Below, piece after piece: positions 1 to 11,665 of a stretch of DNA of 64,000 bases. The notes beneath the pieces were generated by a model. The model had not been told where the DNA came from. It searched no databases and saw nothing but the letters and a program-made list of their open reading frames with translations. The DNA lies in contig CBDAPU010000001.1 of the NCBI GenBank assembly GCA_965198875.1, forward strand, positions 495,134-559,133. Direction: 5' to 3'. Every line of letters starts with the position of its first letter. Within the stretch, counting starts at the first letter, position 1. The DNA comes from Gammaproteobacteria bacterium. GTDB lineage: Bacteria > Pseudomonadota > Gammaproteobacteria > Eutrophobiales > Eutrophobiaceae. The translations under genes were made by a program, and so were the position numbers.

Positions 1-54
1 ACATTCAAACAGTGGCCGACATTGAAGGTATTACACTATGACAAGGGTTATGCC

Positions 55-270
55 ATGAATAATCGAGAAAAACTGATGGAGATGATGAGTGATAATGCAC
101 TGGATAGGCGTGAAATAGCGGAGATGTTGAAAGTCAAAAGGGATCGGGTTGATCGCTGGTTGTTGTCAAATGAGTCAAAAAACCGTGAGGCGGTGCCGGA
201 TATGGCCATTGAATTGCTACGTATGAAAATAACCTATCCCGAGCCACAGGAGAGCGCGCCATCGGCATAA
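55..270 (+). CDS. small hypothetical protein, possibly helix-turn-helix DNA-binding
   Basis: ORF 22..270 (TTG at 22), with the first in-frame ATG at 55 (MNNREKLMEMM...). The segment REIAEMLKVKRDRVDRW looks HTH-like. No family recognised. Confidence 0.3.
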   Translation: MNNREKLMEMMSDNALDRREIAEMLKVKRDRVDRWLLSNESKNREAVPDMAIELLRMKITYPEPQESAPSA

Positions 271-391
271 ACAGATCACCCATTTCAATGCCTTATGATC
301 CGCTATGATCTGTAGCCTGGGTCAAAGCGTTTTCATCATTGCCCGGATTAAATTAAACTGCTGTCGCTATTTTAGTCACTTTTCATTATAC

Positions 392-1202
392 GTGAGCCGC
401 ATTTCATCAACATTTCAGTCGTTGGGTGAGCAAAACAGGAAGGCCCTGATCCCCTTTATCACCGCCGGAGATCCCACCCGGGCGCACACCGTTTCGGTGA
501 TGAGGGCGTTGGTAGCCCATGGTGCGGACTTGCTCGAAATCGGCATACCGTTTTCTGATCCGATGGCCGATGGGCCCGTCATCCAGCGTGCCAGCGAACG
601 TGCCCTGTCGCAAGGCGTCTCATTGGCCAGATGTTCTACAGATGGTTGAGCGGTTCAGACAGTGCGATACGGATACGCCGGTGGTGTTAATGGGGTATGC
701 AAACCCGATAGAAATACTCGGCTATGGGGCCTTTGCAAGGCAGGCGGGCGATGCCGGTGTTGATGGCGTGATCATCGTTGATATGCCGCCTGAGGAGTCC
801 ATGCTACTGAATGAACATCTGCGCGCAGCACAGCTCGATCAGATATTTTTGATCACACCGACAACAAACGATGAGCGAATTGAGAAAATCATCAGTGTCG
901 CTTCCGGTTTTATCTATTACGTCTCTCTCAAAGGGGTCACCGGGGCCCAGGCGCCGACACTCACAGATATGCGCCATAGAATTGGGCAGATCAAACAACA
1001 CAGCCATTTACCCGTTGCCGTGGGTTTTGGTATTAAAGATCCCGGATCCGCCGCCGAGATAGCGGGCTGTTGTGATGCTGTTATCATAGGTAGCGCATTG
1101 GTCGAGGCACTACATGAGGCGGATAAACATCATAAAGACCTGATCGTTGCAGTCGACTCGTTTATAACACCGATCCGGGCTGCATTGGATCGGGCTTCAT
1201 GA
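392..1202 (+). pseudogene. trpA: tryptophan synthase alpha chain, reading frame broken by a 1-nt insertion near 629
   Basis: The N-terminal part (GTG 392, [28 protein letters not shown]...[29 protein letters not shown]) is in the frame of ORF 305..649. The continuation ([28 protein letters not shown]...) is in the frame of ORF 519..1202. Junction reads TTG GCC A GAT GTT. Confidence 0.85.
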
Positions 1203-1212
1203 GAAATACGCT

Positions 1213-2083
1213 ATGAGTTGGTTAGATAAATTACTGCCATCACGGATCAAAGACCAACGGGGCGACACGCCGAACGGTGCCGGAGGGTTTATGGACGAAA
1301 TGCGTTGATTGTCATGCCGTTCTTTATCGCGCTGAGCTGGTACGAAACCTGGAAGTGTGTCCCAAGTGCTCTCACCACATGCGGATCAGCGCCCGCTCCA
1401 GGCTGGATAGTTTCCTCGATACGGAAGGCCGGGTGGAAATGGGGGAAGATATAAAACCGGTTGATCAATACAAATTCCGCGACAGCAAAAAATACAAGGA
1501 CAGATTAGCGAGCGCACGCAAGCGAACCGGTGAGAATGACGCCCTGGTTGTGATAATGGGCCATGTCAAAAACATGCCTGTGGTTGCCTCGGCGTTTGAG
1601 TTTGATTTTATGGGTGGCTCTATGGGATCGGTGGTCGGAGAGAAGTTTATTATCGCTACGGATACGTGCGTGGAAAACAACATCCCCCTGGTGTGTTTCT
1701 CAGCCAGCGGTGGGGCACGTATGCAGGAGACCTTGATCGCACTTTTCCAGATGGCGAAAACCAGCGCCGCCCTGGCAAAATTAGGCCGGGCCGGGCTCCC
1801 GTATATCTCGGTTTTAACCGATCCGACAATGGGCGGCGTATCGGCAAGCCTTGCAAGCCTGGGGGATATCAACATCGCTGAGCCCAATGCCCTGATAGGG
1901 TTCGCCGGCCCCAGAGTGATTGAACAGACAGTGCGTCAGACATTGCCCGAGGGTTTTCAAAGAAGCGAGTTTTTATTAGAACATGGCAATATTGATATGA
2001 TAGTAGACAGGCGTGAGATGAGAGACAGCATCGCCTCATTATTATCCATGCTGTGCCGTAAACCCGGATCTGCTCTGATCTGA
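1213..2083 (+). pseudogene. accD: acetyl-CoA carboxylase carboxyltransferase beta subunit, N-terminus out of frame (1-nt shift near 1276)
   Basis: ATG 1213 encodes [21 protein letters not shown], a typical AccD N-terminus, and runs into a stop at 1306..1308. The rest of the protein reads from GTG 1277 in another frame: [34 protein letters not shown] (C-X2-C-X15-C-X2-C zinc finger) plus the CT domain. Confidence 0.85.
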
Positions 2084-2112
2084 TCAGGGATCAACCGGCG
2101 CCCAGGAAACAG

Positions 2113-3435
2113 ATGACATGCACCCGGTTCCCACCACTTTCAATAGTATCTGGTCGGCAGAGCCCGCCGAGGTTTGATAATCTCGCCGATTGGCTTAAAT
2201 GGCAGGAGGGCCTGCATTTTACCGCAATAGAGATGGGGCTTGACCGCTGTGATCAGGTAGCACGGAGAATGCATCTGCTCAATCCTGATTTCAAGGTGAT
2301 CAGCATCTCCGGCACCAACGGGAAGGGTTCAAGCGCCGCCATGCTGGACGCCATGTTGCGCCATGCCGGTTATAAAGTCGGGGCTTACACTTCCCCGCAC
2401 CTGATCAAGTATAACGAGCGGATCTGTGTGGGTGGCGACCCGGTGAGCGATGAGCAGTTATGTGAGGCATTTGCCCGCATTGATGAGGCCAGAGGTGATG
2501 TTTCCCTGACGTATTTCGAGTTTGGCACCCTGGCGGCCCTTGATATTTTTCATCATGCCGATATTGACATAGCCCTGCTGGAAGTGGGTTTGGGCGGCAG
2601 ATTGGATGCGGTGAATATTGTGGACGCCGATGTTGCCCTGGTCGGCACAATCGATTTGGATCATGAGGAATGGCTGGGATACACCAGAGAGCATATCGGT
2701 ACGGAAAAAGCCGGTATTTTCAGGGAAAATCGCCCTGCAATTTGCTCTGATCCATCGCCGCCTGACAGCATTGCCCGTTACGCAAAAGAGATCGGCGCGC
2801 ACCTTCATCAAGCCACTTTGGAGTTTCACTATCAGTTGCATGAGAGGACCTGGACCTGGAGGCGGGACGAGCGGGTTTATGAGAACCTGCCCAAACCGGG
2901 GGTCAATAACGAGAAACAGGTGCAAAATGCCGCCGGCGTGTTGATGGTGCTGGAGGCCATAGCCGATGCGTTTCCGGTGGATATAGAGACGATCCGGGGT
3001 TGTTTGAGGGACTTTAGACTGGACGGGCGACTCCAGATGATCCCCGGGGAGATCCCCTGCATACTCGATGTGGCGCATAATACCCAGGCGATCTCCGCTT
3101 TGGTTGAAAACATTAAAAAAATTGCCTGTGTTGGCGAGACCCATATCGTCATTGGTATGCTCAAAGATAAAAACCACATGGCCATATTTGAGCGCTTGTC
3201 GAAGATTGCCGATCACTGGTATTTGGTGGATCTGCATGTTGATCGCGCCGCCAGCATGGAAGAGTTAACCCGGGTATTATCGGCCTATGTTGATGGCGAG
3301 CGGGTTAATCGCTTCACTAGCGTTAAGGACGCCCTGGTGATGGTTGAGAGAAAAGCCCGTGCCGGCGATAGAGCCATTGTGACCGGCTCATTTATCGCAG
3401 TTGGGGCCGCCATCGGCTACCTGAAGAATATTTGA
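2113..3435 (+). CDS. folC: bifunctional folylpolyglutamate synthase / dihydrofolate synthase
   Basis: 440 aa with the GTNGKGS P-loop and Mur-ligase-like architecture. AGGA lies upstream of ATG 2113. Position after accD matches E. coli. Confidence 0.85.
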   Translation: MTCTRFPPLSIVSGRQSPPRFDNLADWLKWQEGLHFTAIEMGLDRCDQVARRMHLLNPDFKVISISGTNGKGSSAAMLDAMLRHAGYKVGAYTSPHLIKYNERICVGGDPVSDEQLCEAFARIDEARGDVSLTYFEFGTLAALDIFHHADIDIALLEVGLGGRLDAVNIVDADVALVGTIDLDHEEWLGYTREHIGTEKAGIFRENRPAICSDPSPPDSIARYAKEIGAHLHQATLEFHYQLHERTWTWRRDERVYENLPKPGVNNEKQVQNAAGVLMVLEAIADAFPVDIETIRGCLRDFRLDGRLQMIPGEIPCILDVAHNTQAISALVENIKKIACVGETHIVIGMLKDKNHMAIFERLSKIADHWYLVDLHVDRAASMEELTRVLSAYVDGERVNRFTSVKDALVMVERKARAGDRAIVTGSFIAVGAAIGYLKNI

Positions 3436-3438
3436 TAT

Positions 3439-4131
3439 ATGGAACGGCGGCTAAAAGAAAGACTGATCGGCGCCAGTGTTCTGGTGTTGTTGGCGGTTAT
3501 TTTTATCCCCATGGCGCTGGATGACTCTCAAGAGCGGGAGCCCCTGATCGGCAAAACCAATATTCCGCAAAAACCCGATGGTGAGTTCAGCTCCCGGCTC
3601 ATTCCGTTGCCGCAACCCGAAGATATCATCCCGCCGGCCCCGGAAACGGAAGAAGCTGAGATGGAAGAGCCGGCAATACAAACAGCGCCGATCATCACAT
3701 CGATGGAAGATCCCGCCACCTCCGGCCAGACACTGCCCCCCCATGAGATGGTTGCCGCTAAAGGCATCATCGTTCCCGCCGAGGGCGAACCCCCTCCCAC
3801 AGTCCCGCCCAGGACGGCGGCGGCTCTGGCGGACAACACGCAAACCGCTGTGCCCCCGCAAGGGGTCAATGACGGTAGCCATGATAAAAAAGGACTGACC
3901 GCCTGGGTTGTTCAGGTTGGTAGTTTTGCTATTGAGGAGAATGCGAACACATTAAATGATAGATTGCGAACTGCCGGGTACCGATCTTTTGTTCAACCTG
4001 TCAAAAACAGGAACACCCTGTCATATCGTGTGAGAGTGGGGCCGGAGATTTTACGTTCAGAAGCGTTAAAACAGCAATCAAAGTTGCAAGAGGAGATGAA
4101 CCTGCAAGGCATCGTATTGGATTACCCATAA
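3439..4131 (+). CDS. dedD: SPOR-domain cell-division protein (DedD-like)
   Basis: N-terminal TM helix, Pro/Glu-rich linker and a C-terminal SPOR-like segment (AWVVQVGSFAIEENANTLNDRLRTAGYRSF...YRVRVGP). Sits in the folC-dedD-cvpA order. Confidence 0.65.
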   Translation: MERRLKERLIGASVLVLLAVIFIPMALDDSQEREPLIGKTNIPQKPDGEFSSRLIPLPQPEDIIPPAPETEEAEMEEPAIQTAPIITSMEDPATSGQTLPPHEMVAAKGIIVPAEGEPPPTVPPRTAAALADNTQTAVPPQGVNDGSHDKKGLTAWVVQVGSFAIEENANTLNDRLRTAGYRSFVQPVKNRNTLSYRVRVGPEILRSEALKQQSKLQEEMNLQGIVLDYP

Positions 4132-4353
4132 CCACTTCGCTTCTCTTTCATGTCGGCGACGGCGCAGGTGATCGACACCGAAGGGAGCCCCTCAGGTGAC
4201 GATGATTATGATGATGATCAAAGACGAGGCGGGCCTGGCAAGCGCATCGCCGTCATGGCTGGAGAACGCAAGGCCGGCCCGTGGGCCTGCATCTCTCAAG
4301 AGGCAAACATAACCGACGATCATACATAACGGAAAACGTATCGGGGCTTTTTA

Positions 4354-4893
4354 GTGCAAGGGGTTGATATTGGTATTTTGGTGGTGTTGCTTCTACCGGC
4401 CTTGACGGGCCTGATTTACGGGTTTCTTAACATTGTCTTCTCCATCACCGCCTGGGTATTGGCGCTGGGGATCAGTATTACATTCGGCCCGGGCTTATCG
4501 CCGCTGTTGACTGATTATATCGACTCGATACTGCTCAGGGATATTGCCGCTTTTGCCAGTATCTTCATCATCAGCTTGATGGTATTGACCGCTCTCGGCT
4601 ATTTTATCGTCAAATTGCTTGGCAGAGCAGGCCTCACCGCCGCCGACAGACTGCTCGGTTTTTTCTTTGGAATTGGGCTTGGGGGGGCTATCATAACAGT
4701 CATGATTTTCCTGGCTGGATTTACCGCATTGACGGAGAAACCCTGGTGGCGGAGCTCGGTACTGATCGAGCCGTTTCAACATATTTGCATCTGGGGACAA
4801 CGGTTTCTACCCGACAATGTCGCCGCCTATCACCGCTATGGGCAGAGGGCCCCTGAACGTGAAGCGGAGCAATCCGCATCAGAGACCCCATAA
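4354..4893 (+). CDS. cvpA: colicin V production / CvpA-family membrane protein
   Basis: 179 aa with 4 predicted TM segments and a GTG start. Lies immediately upstream of purF, as in E. coli. Confidence 0.7.
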   Translation: MQGVDIGILVVLLLPALTGLIYGFLNIVFSITAWVLALGISITFGPGLSPLLTDYIDSILLRDIAAFASIFIISLMVLTALGYFIVKLLGRAGLTAADRLLGFFFGIGLGGAIITVMIFLAGFTALTEKPWWRSSVLIEPFQHICIWGQRFLPDNVAAYHRYGQRAPEREAEQSASETP

Positions 4894-4922
4894 ATCCCCT
4901 GGCTGATCAGATCGATAAACAC

Positions 4923-6440
4923 ATGTGCGGGATCATCGGCATTGTCGCTAAATCGAATGTAAACCAGGCTATATTTGATGGTTTAACCATACTTCAGCAT
5001 CGCGGACAGGACGCCGCCGGTATGGTGACCTGTGACGGCACCCGCCTTTACCTGCGTAAAAATAACGGACTGGTGCGTGATGTTTTTCAGACCCGTCACA
5101 TGCTGAATTTGAAGGGCAAGATGGGGATCGGGCAGGTGCGTTACCCGACCGCTGGTTGCTCATCCTCCGCCGAAGCACAGCCTTTTTACGTCAATTCGCC
5201 CTACGGGATTGTGCTCGCACACAATGGCAATCTCACCAATGGCGAACAACTCAAGGCAGATCTGATGAGTGATGAGCTACGGCATATCAATACCGGATCC
5301 GACTCTGAGATCTTGTTAAACATATTTGCTTTCGAGTTGCAGCGAATGGGAAAGCTGCGGGGAGCATTAACCCCGGATGATATTTTTGCGGCGATCGGCC
5401 AATTACACCGGCGTTGCCGGGGAGGCTTTGCTGTTGTCGCCCTGATATCCGGTGTCGGTATCGTTGGTTTTCGGGATCAATACGGTATTCGACCGATCAT
5501 CTTTGGTGAACGCACGACTGATTCAGGCAAGGAGTTTATCATTGCCTCGGAGAGCGTGGCCATAGATGCACTGGATTTTGTGGTGAGGCGTGACATAGCG
5601 CCGGGAGAGGCGCTCTTCATCAATGAGCAGGGTGAGTCCTATACGAAACAATGCGCTGAAAACCCGCAATATGCGCCTTGCATATTTGAGCATGTCTATC
5701 TCGCCAGACCCGACTCGGTGATTGACAATATTTCCGTCTATAAAACCCGTTTGCGGATGGGGGAGTTCCTGGCGACAAAGATATTAAAACTAAGACCGGA
5801 TCACGATATTGATGTGGTCATACCGATACCGGATACCGGCCGCACGTCCGCCTTGCCGCTGGCCTTTGAATTAGGCGTAAAATACCGGGAGGGGTTTATT
5901 AAAAATCGTTATATACCGCGCACATTCATTATGCCGGGGCAGAGTATCCGGAAAAAATCCGTCAGACAGAAATTGAACGCCATTGAGCTGGAATTCAAAG
6001 ATAAAAACGTGCTCCTGGTTGATGACTCCATCGTCCGTGGCACCACCTCATGCGAGATTATTCAAATGGCCAGGGAAGCGGGCGCCAGGAAGGTGTATTT
6101 TGCCTCAGCGGCGCCGCCGGTGTTGTATCCGAACGTGTACGGGATCGATATCCCCACGCCCGCCGAGTTGATCGCATCCGGCAAGACGGAGCGGGAAGTA
6201 TGTGATGCCATCGGCGCTGACTGGCTGATATATCAGGAAGTGGATGATCTAATTAACGCCGCAAGTGAAGGCAACCCACAAATACAACAGTTTGATACCT
6301 CCTGTTTTACGGGAGAGTATGTTACCGGAGATATAAGCGAAGACTACTTGCAACAGGTATCTGTACTACGCAGTGATGCGGCGAAACAGGGCGGTGGCGT
6401 GTTTGATGAGTCGATGATCGATTTATCTAACAGCGAATAA
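4923..6440 (+). CDS. purF: amidophosphoribosyltransferase
   Basis: MCGIIGIV N-terminal nucleophile Cys, a PRPP-binding [13 protein letters not shown] motif, 505 aa. Confidence 0.95.
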   Translation: MCGIIGIVAKSNVNQAIFDGLTILQHRGQDAAGMVTCDGTRLYLRKNNGLVRDVFQTRHMLNLKGKMGIGQVRYPTAGCSSSAEAQPFYVNSPYGIVLAHNGNLTNGEQLKADLMSDELRHINTGSDSEILLNIFAFELQRMGKLRGALTPDDIFAAIGQLHRRCRGGFAVVALISGVGIVGFRDQYGIRPIIFGERTTDSGKEFIIASESVAIDALDFVVRRDIAPGEALFINEQGESYTKQCAENPQYAPCIFEHVYLARPDSVIDNISVYKTRLRMGEFLATKILKLRPDHDIDVVIPIPDTGRTSALPLAFELGVKYREGFIKNRYIPRTFIMPGQSIRKKSVRQKLNAIELEFKDKNVLLVDDSIVRGTTSCEIIQMAREAGARKVYFASAAPPVLYPNVYGIDIPTPAELIASGKTEREVCDAIGADWLIYQEVDDLINAASEGNPQIQQFDTSCFTGEYVTGDISEDYLQQVSVLRSDAAKQGGGVFDESMIDLSNSE

Positions 6441-6566
6441 CACGCCTTAAAGCGTATTTCATTGTCAGGCACTTTTAGCCTCCGCCCGGCAGGGGTCTTT
6501 TAAGAAGCGCAGTCGATGGGCAGGGAGTGATGCGACTCGCCAGTGACCATCATCAAGTCATTATAG

Positions 6567-6703
6567 GGGATCTCTAAAAATGCACTTCTCTGCGGTAGCA
6601 TCGTTGGCGACGTACTCACATCCTCATGTATGGCTTATACACTGCGGTGCTGTGTGCGCCGCCGCCTCACTACCACAGAAAAATCACTATTTTTAGAGGC
6701 GCC
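6567..6703. repeat. imperfect inverted repeat (~33-nt arms) able to form a ~135-nt hairpin; MITE/REP-like element or structured RNA
   Basis: Left arm is ggggatctctaaaaatgcacttctctgcggtag (6567..6599). Right arm is cactaccacagaaaaatcactatttttagaggcgccc (6668..6703); its reverse complement gggcgcctctaaaaatagtgatttttctgtggtagtg matches the left arm with a few mismatches and indels. Confidence 0.5.
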
Positions 6704-6833
6704 CTGTAGTCAAAGGCAAAGAGAATGGCGGCGGCAGTCGTTGTTATGCCCGGATAGCATTAAGAGGATCTCGCCAAGGCAGGCTCATCGACAGGCATAA
6801 ATGGCTGGCGGGCCTGCATTGGTGATGTGAGAC

Positions 6834-7316
6834 TTAGTCTTTATCGTCAGGTTGTTTATTCGGGCTACCAACCCCGGCGGCCTTGAAAAAGCTCTCCTGT
6901 ACCTGACGCCACATCTGCATATTCTGCTCCGTCATTTCAGTCATCTTTGCGGCAAACGGGTTATGACTGATAGCCTGTTGAAAGTTTTTCTGCAGATCCT
7001 GTTGCTGTGAGGTAAACATCTCCAGACTCCTTTGCAGGTATTCGCTAAAGGCGCTTTGGTAGGTATTGCCATAAAAACGGATAAGCTGGGTCAACATCTG
7101 CGTATTGAAGATAGGTTGGCCATCGTGCTCCTGCTCGGAGATGATCTGTAACAAGATACTGCGGGTTAGATCCTCATCTGATTTTACATCCCTGACGCGA
7201 AACTCAATGCCACTCAGCACCAGTTTTTTAACATCATCCAGGGTGATATATTGACTGATCTCGGTATCGTATAACCGGCGATTGGGGTATTTTTTTATAA
7301 TGCGTATATCGCTCAT
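6834..7316 (-). CDS. phaR: polyhydroxyalkanoate synthesis repressor PhaR
   Basis: N-terminal IKKYPNRRLYDTEISQYITLDDV motif typical of PhaR. 160 aa. Confidence 0.85.
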   Translation of the reverse strand: MSDIRIIKKYPNRRLYDTEISQYITLDDVKKLVLSGIEFRVRDVKSDEDLTRSILLQIISEQEHDGQPIFNTQMLTQLIRFYGNTYQSAFSEYLQRSLEMFTSQQQDLQKNFQQAISHNPFAAKMTEMTEQNMQMWRQVQESFFKAAGVGSPNKQPDDKD

Positions 7317-7334
7317 GCTGTGGATTGTCTTTGT

Positions 7335-8516
7335 TTATCTCTCAACGGCAAGCGCCACCCCCTGGCCGCCGCCGATACACAACGTAGCCAGACCTTTGCG
7401 TGCATCTCTTCGTTGCATTTCATGGATGAGGGTCACTAAAACTCTGCAACCTGAGGCGCCAATGGGATGGCCTAAAGCAATAGCGCCGCCGTTGACGTTG
7501 ACTTTTTCAACATCCCAGCCTAATGCATTGTTAACGGAAATCGCCTGTGCTGCAAAGGCTTCATTCGCCTCGATCAGGTCTAATTCATCCACTCTCCAGT
7601 TAGCTTTATCAAGGCAGCGCTGTGAGGCCGGGATAGGGCCGGTTCCCATAATTGCCGGATCAACGCCGGCGCTGGCATAGGCCTTGATATTGGCGAGAGG
7701 GGCCAAACCCAGCTCATCTGCTTTCTCTTTACCCATGACGATGACGGCCGCCGCACCATCGTTAATGCCGGAGGCATTCGCCGCCGTCACCGTGCCTTCT
7801 TTATTAAAGGCCGGGCGCAACCTGGCGATCCCTTGTGCAGTGACGCCCTGCTTGGGGTATTCGTCCTTTGCAAAGACAACGGGCTCGCCTTTTCTTTGTG
7901 GAATATGAACCGGCACGATCTCCTGAGCGAAAACATTTTCTGATTGTGCGGCGACCGTTTTTTGTTGAGATCTGGCCGCAAACTGATCTTGCTGCTCACG
8001 GGAGATATTAAATTTCTCGACGATGTTCTCGGCGGTGACGCCCATGTGATAATCATTGAAGGCGTCCCATAAACCATCCGTGATCATGGAATCCAGCATG
8101 TTCCAGTCGCCCATTTTCGTGCCGTTACGGGATCTCGGTAGCAGGTGTGGTGCACGGCTCATGTTCTCCTGACCACCGGCGATGATAATATCTGCATCAC
8201 CGCATTTTATCGCCTGTGCGGCAAGATGAACGGCCTTCAGGCCACTGCCACATACTTTGTTGATGGTCATGGCGGGGACGGTGTGCGGCAGGCCGGCCAT
8301 GATCGCCGCCTGTCGTGCCGGGTTTTGCCCTTCGCCGGCCGTTAGCACCTGGCCTAAAATGACTTCATCCACCTGCTCAGGTGCGATGTTCGTTTTCTCC
8401 AACAAGGCCCTGATCACTGTCGCCCCCAGTGAGTGGGCATGAATATCCGCCAGGCTGCCGCCAAATGCGCCAATCGGGGTACGACCGGCCGCTACAATAA
8501 CAATATTATCTGTCAT
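7335..8516 (-). CDS. phaA: acetyl-CoA acetyltransferase (thiolase II)
   Basis: 393 aa with the VCGSGL active-site Cys region and C-terminal [17 protein letters not shown] / CIGGGQG motifs. Adjacent to phaR. Confidence 0.9.
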   Translation of the reverse strand: MTDNIVIVAAGRTPIGAFGGSLADIHAHSLGATVIRALLEKTNIAPEQVDEVILGQVLTAGEGQNPARQAAIMAGLPHTVPAMTINKVCGSGLKAVHLAAQAIKCGDADIIIAGGQENMSRAPHLLPRSRNGTKMGDWNMLDSMITDGLWDAFNDYHMGVTAENIVEKFNISREQQDQFAARSQQKTVAAQSENVFAQEIVPVHIPQRKGEPVVFAKDEYPKQGVTAQGIARLRPAFNKEGTVTAANASGINDGAAAVIVMGKEKADELGLAPLANIKAYASAGVDPAIMGTGPIPASQRCLDKANWRVDELDLIEANEAFAAQAISVNNALGWDVEKVNVNGGAIALGHPIGASGCRVLVTLIHEMQRRDARKGLATLCIGGGQGVALAVER

Positions 8517-8845
8517 GATCTCACCTTATATCAGTTTCGTTGCAGCGCACAAGATAGCCCCGATGGTAACAAAAACACTTTGCACAGACCAGTTTTTAGC
8601 GGTTAACCCAAACTTGGGTCTTATGAAGATGACGGGCGGGAGACAGATCCGAAGACGCACTTACAGCTTGGCCCCGTCAATCATCCAGGCCTTGTGAGGG
8701 GCGCAGAACCTAAGGGATAGCCTTCGCCGTCAGGCCATGATCCTCGCTCGCCTCATCAGAGCCGAGCGTCCACCTCGCCTGTGATCCCGTCACTTGACGG
8801 ATCCTGCACGGGCTTCGCGTTCGCTAACCCATCGGATGGGCGGCG

Positions 8846-10273
<1,428 letters not shown>

Positions 10274-10288
10274 TTAGCCCCCTGTTAT

Positions 10289-11620
10289 CTAGACCTGCAA
10301 CAACAAACGCGCCGGCTCTTCAAGCAATGTTTTCATGGTAACCAGAAAAGACACGGCTTCTTTCCCGTCTATGATCCGGTGATCATAGGAAAGCGCCAGA
10401 TACATCATCGGGCGAATGAGGATCTCGCCATTCTCGGCAACCGGACGCTCCTGAATTTTATGCATACCCAAAATAGCGCTTTGCGGTGGATTGATAATAG
10501 GGGTTGATAGCAGTGAGCCGAAGACGCCGCCGTTTGTGATCGTGAACGTGCCGCCGGTCAGATCCTCAATCATGAGCTTGGCGTCACGGGCTTTTTGCCC
10601 GAGCTCGCCGATAGTGGCCTCTATTTCGGCAAAGCTGAGCGCATCGGCATTCCTGACGATGGGCACCACCAGACCCCGTGGCGAGCTAACGGCGATACCC
10701 ACATCAAAATAACCGTGATAGACAATGTCATCACCGTCTACCGAGGCATTGATGATAGGGAATTTTTTTAACGCCTCAACGGCGGCCCTGGTAAAAAACG
10801 ACATAAAGCCCAGTTTCACATGATGGATTTTTTCAAACTCGTCCTTGTATTTATTGCGTAGCGCCATGACGGGTTGCATATTGACTTCATTGAAGGTGGT
10901 CAATATGGCGTTTTCCCGTTGTGCGGACAGCAGACGCTGGGCTGCCCTTTTACGTAACCTCGTCATGGGCGCCCGCTCTTCCGCTCTGGCACCGGAGATG
11001 TCCACGTTCGCTGATGGTGTGGGTATTGAGGCCGAAGCCGGCTTTGGTGCAGGGGCTGGTTCGGGTGCAGGGGCGGCGCTGACCGGTGAAGGTTCAGGGG
11101 TTGATTCGGGAACCGCTGGCGCCGCCATCGGATCAGGCGCCGCCGGGGGGGGCGGTTTGCGATCCGCCAGATGGTTTAATACGTCTTCTTTTGTCAATCG
11201 CTCGCCGCGGTGGGCGATGTCAGAGGCATCTAAACCCTGCTCCACCAGAAGGCTTCTCACAGCAGGGCTTAGCTTTGTCTCCGCGCCACCCTCATCCACC
11301 GGCAGGGATTGTTGTTGCGGCTCAGGCTCGGGGGGTGGCGGGGTTTCAGGCTCTGATGTGGTAGCGGGCGCTGCAACGGTCGCTTGGGTATCAATTTTGG
11401 CGATCACTTCATCGCTACCAACTTCTTCACCATCGGCTTTCAGTATTTCAACCAGCACACCGTCATGGGGCGCCGCCACTTCCAGGGTGACTTTGTCCGT
11501 TTCAATATCGATTAAACTGTCGCCTCGCCTCACCTCAGCGCCCGGGGTTTTGTGCCAGCTCATTAAAGTGGCCTCAGCAACGGACTCGGCCAATATGGGG
11601 ACTTTCACTTCAACTATCAC
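10289..11620 (-). CDS. sucB: 2-oxoglutarate dehydrogenase E2, dihydrolipoamide succinyltransferase
   Basis: A single lipoyl domain (IETDKV), Pro/Ala-rich linkers and a catalytic SYDHRIIDG motif. Confidence 0.92.
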   Translation of the reverse strand: MIVEVKVPILAESVAEATLMSWHKTPGAEVRRGDSLIDIETDKVTLEVAAPHDGVLVEILKADGEEVGSDEVIAKIDTQATVAAPATTSEPETPPPPEPEPQQQSLPVDEGGAETKLSPAVRSLLVEQGLDASDIAHRGERLTKEDVLNHLADRKPPPPAAPDPMAAPAVPESTPEPSPVSAAPAPEPAPAPKPASASIPTPSANVDISGARAEERAPMTRLRKRAAQRLLSAQRENAILTTFNEVNMQPVMALRNKYKDEFEKIHHVKLGFMSFFTRAAVEALKKFPIINASVDGDDIVYHGYFDVGIAVSSPRGLVVPIVRNADALSFAEIEATIGELGQKARDAKLMIEDLTGGTFTITNGGVFGSLLSTPIINPPQSAILGMHKIQERPVAENGEILIRPMMYLALSYDHRIIDGKEAVSFLVTMKTLLEEPARLLLQV

Positions 11621-11665
11621 GGTTCTCTCCTGATTGCTACCTTTGCGTTATGGATGAAACAGCTC

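Noticed and set aside
305-391. Upstream extension of the trpA ORF ([29 protein letters not shown])
   Set aside because: The TrpA homology begins at GTG 392 (SRISSTF...). The extension is AT-rich with an unlikely composition.
2458-3237. 259-aa minus-strand ORF
   Set aside because: Antisense to folC, which has clear Mur-ligase motifs. It has no recognisable motifs and a junk-like composition.
4150-4329. 59-codon ORF in the dedD-cvpA spacer (MSATAQVIDTEGSPSGDDDYDDDQRRGG...)
   Set aside because: No clear RBS, a low-complexity acidic composition and no recognisable family. I cannot support it as a gene from sequence alone.
10845-11633. 262-aa plus-strand ORF, Gly/Ala/Ser-rich
   Set aside because: It lies entirely antisense to sucB. 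Its composition is the complement of the Pro/Ala-rich E2 linkers, and sucB has clear lipoyl and catalytic motifs.
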